DNA from: Negaprion brevirostris
Lineage: Eukaryota
Length of the DNA: 64,000 bases
NCBI GenBank assembly: GCA_030324005.1
Contig: JARDVH010000084.1
Coordinates: forward strand, 68,165,519 to 68,229,518
Direction of reading: 5' to 3'
The notes under the pieces are model-generated. The model had not been told where the DNA came from. It saw only the letters and a program-made list of their open reading frames with translations, and searched no databases. Below are positions 62,223-64,000 of this stretch, piece after piece; position 1 is the stretch's first letter, and the number at the start of each line of letters is the position of its first letter. The position numbers and the translations under genes were made by a program.

Positions 62223-64000
62223 TTATAGTGCGATAGTGACCAAGCAACCAAAAAGAGAACTTAGATGAAACTTCTTTATTCACTGTGTGGTGGAAATATG
62301 GAAGTTTCTACAGGAACTGATTAAGGTGAATAGCACTGACAGAAGAGGCAAAATAAGTACCTGAACGCTTGGGGAATTGAAGGTTATGACAGAGTTAGAA
62401 TAGAATGAAAGAGGGCTAGAGAGGAATATAAACACCCGGCATGGACAGGTTGGGNNNNNNNNNNNNNNNNNCAATCGTTAAAGCTCTTTCCCCCCAGCTT
62501 TTACAACCTGAGGTGCCGCCTTTAATATTTATGTGAATCTATACCCCACTTCCCCAAATCCTGCAGCTCCTTCCCAGCACTGAACCTACTGTTGAAGAAT
62601 GTGATGGTTACCGTTCACTTTTTAACCTAAATGTATCACATCGCACTCACTGTCATTGAATTCCAACTGCAACTCCTGAGGCTAGTCACCTGCCGCTACC
62701 TTGTGCGATCTTCCTCGATTTTCTAAAATCAAAGTACTTCCTATTTTGGTCTCGGCTACAAATCCAGGCTGAAATCTTATCATTGCCATGCACGGTCAAC
62801 AGAAGTGACCCCAGAACTGAACCATGGTGGACATCACGGTTTTCCCTTTATATATATGATAATTTCCCTCTCAATTTCTGATTAGAATTCATCCCGGGGA
62901 CTATTTGAACACGCTACTGTTTTCCGGTACACATTCACGCTCAATATTCAGCCGGAAACAGAATTCCTAAGGACTGAATATAATTCCCTCTCTCAGCTCC
63001 TCCGGTATTTTTGGTGTGTGTCCCGTCAGACCCTAGCTCATTTGTCTTGCCTCCTTATCTGAAAAGAAATCATTTAATCCATTCTAATACGGCTAATCTT
63101 CCATTGAATCTAACCCAGTTTGTCACTGAAGTGGCGATTTTAAAAACATACAAGAATAGGCTTTTAACACCGAATCCAGTGGAAGGGCTGCCCCGGAGAA
63201 GAATGCCAAATTCAAGGGAAGGATGGTTCCACTCTAGAGATAAGGAAGGGAGCTCAGGAGCCGTAGAAAAATCGCAGAGCTCCACAAGGGTTCCGCCAAG
63301 TGCACCTTGATTCGCCATGGCGTTTGCTCAGTTTCCAGACTGCTGAAATTCAGATGTTTCCTGCACTGTGGTACCCCAGAGCAACAACAATCAGTGCCAT
63401 CACAGACTTGTAAAATAAATCCACTTCGAATGAGGAAATTGGGTGTGTGAGGGGGGTCCAGTTAACTCGATTACTACCAGTCCCTGCGTGGAATATACAC
63501 ATATACACACACACAAATGTCCACCCGCATATCTGTGAATAACTAATTTCTGTAACATTTGAAACAGCCATTTTCTGTTTCAGTAACTGTTTTGCAGTGG
63601 AAATGAACATTGTAGAAATTTTTAAAAAGAGGCAAACTCGCCACAGGTAAACACAGAGCGAATCATTCACTGACTCCTGAACTTTGCTATAAACATTATT
63701 CTTTCTGAGCCATTCCAGCCTTTTGGATAAGGCGTCAGATCAAACCCAAGATGGGACGCGATGCCTTATCTTGTCAGCTTGGACCTTGCTTGTCTCTCTT
63801 GTGAAGACCATGAACTGGATTCAATTCCAATGTGCTTTTTGGAGCAAGCAAGGAGATGGATTAAATGCTTTCCCAGTCCATTCCAAGCATTCGCTTCGTA
63901 ACTTTCATTTTTATGGAGTGCCCGCAATATGAGAAAGTCTCGCACATCAGAGCGATCAAGTGAATGGGTGATCCCGCTAACCAATCTGATTATTAATTGT

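Overview
Vertebrate (most likely shark/cartilaginous fish, judged from HE1-type V-SINEs and associated LINEs) draft-assembly DNA with many N gaps. The window lies inside a minus-strand LIM-homeobox gene, best matching LHX4. Only two coding exons are visible: the LIM2 exon (12494-12696) and the first homeodomain exon (1825-1982). The rest is intron filled with decayed CR1, L2, Rex1/Babar and Penelope fragments, several SINE families, hAT-type and other MITEs, and solo-LTR-like pieces. Main highlights: (1) an apparently intact HDV-like self-cleaving ribozyme fold (30529-30716, minus strand, so sense to the LHX4 pre-mRNA) heading a ~491-bp non-coding RTE-related retroelement flanked by an ATGGCAC direct repeat; (2) an old ~43-bp satellite with a palindromic ATTAAT core running through more than 24 kb of the intron and perforated by transposons; (3) CpG-retaining, homeodomain/TALE-site-rich candidate enhancers. 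Repeat boundaries are approximate and family names come from my recognition of the sequence, not from a database search.
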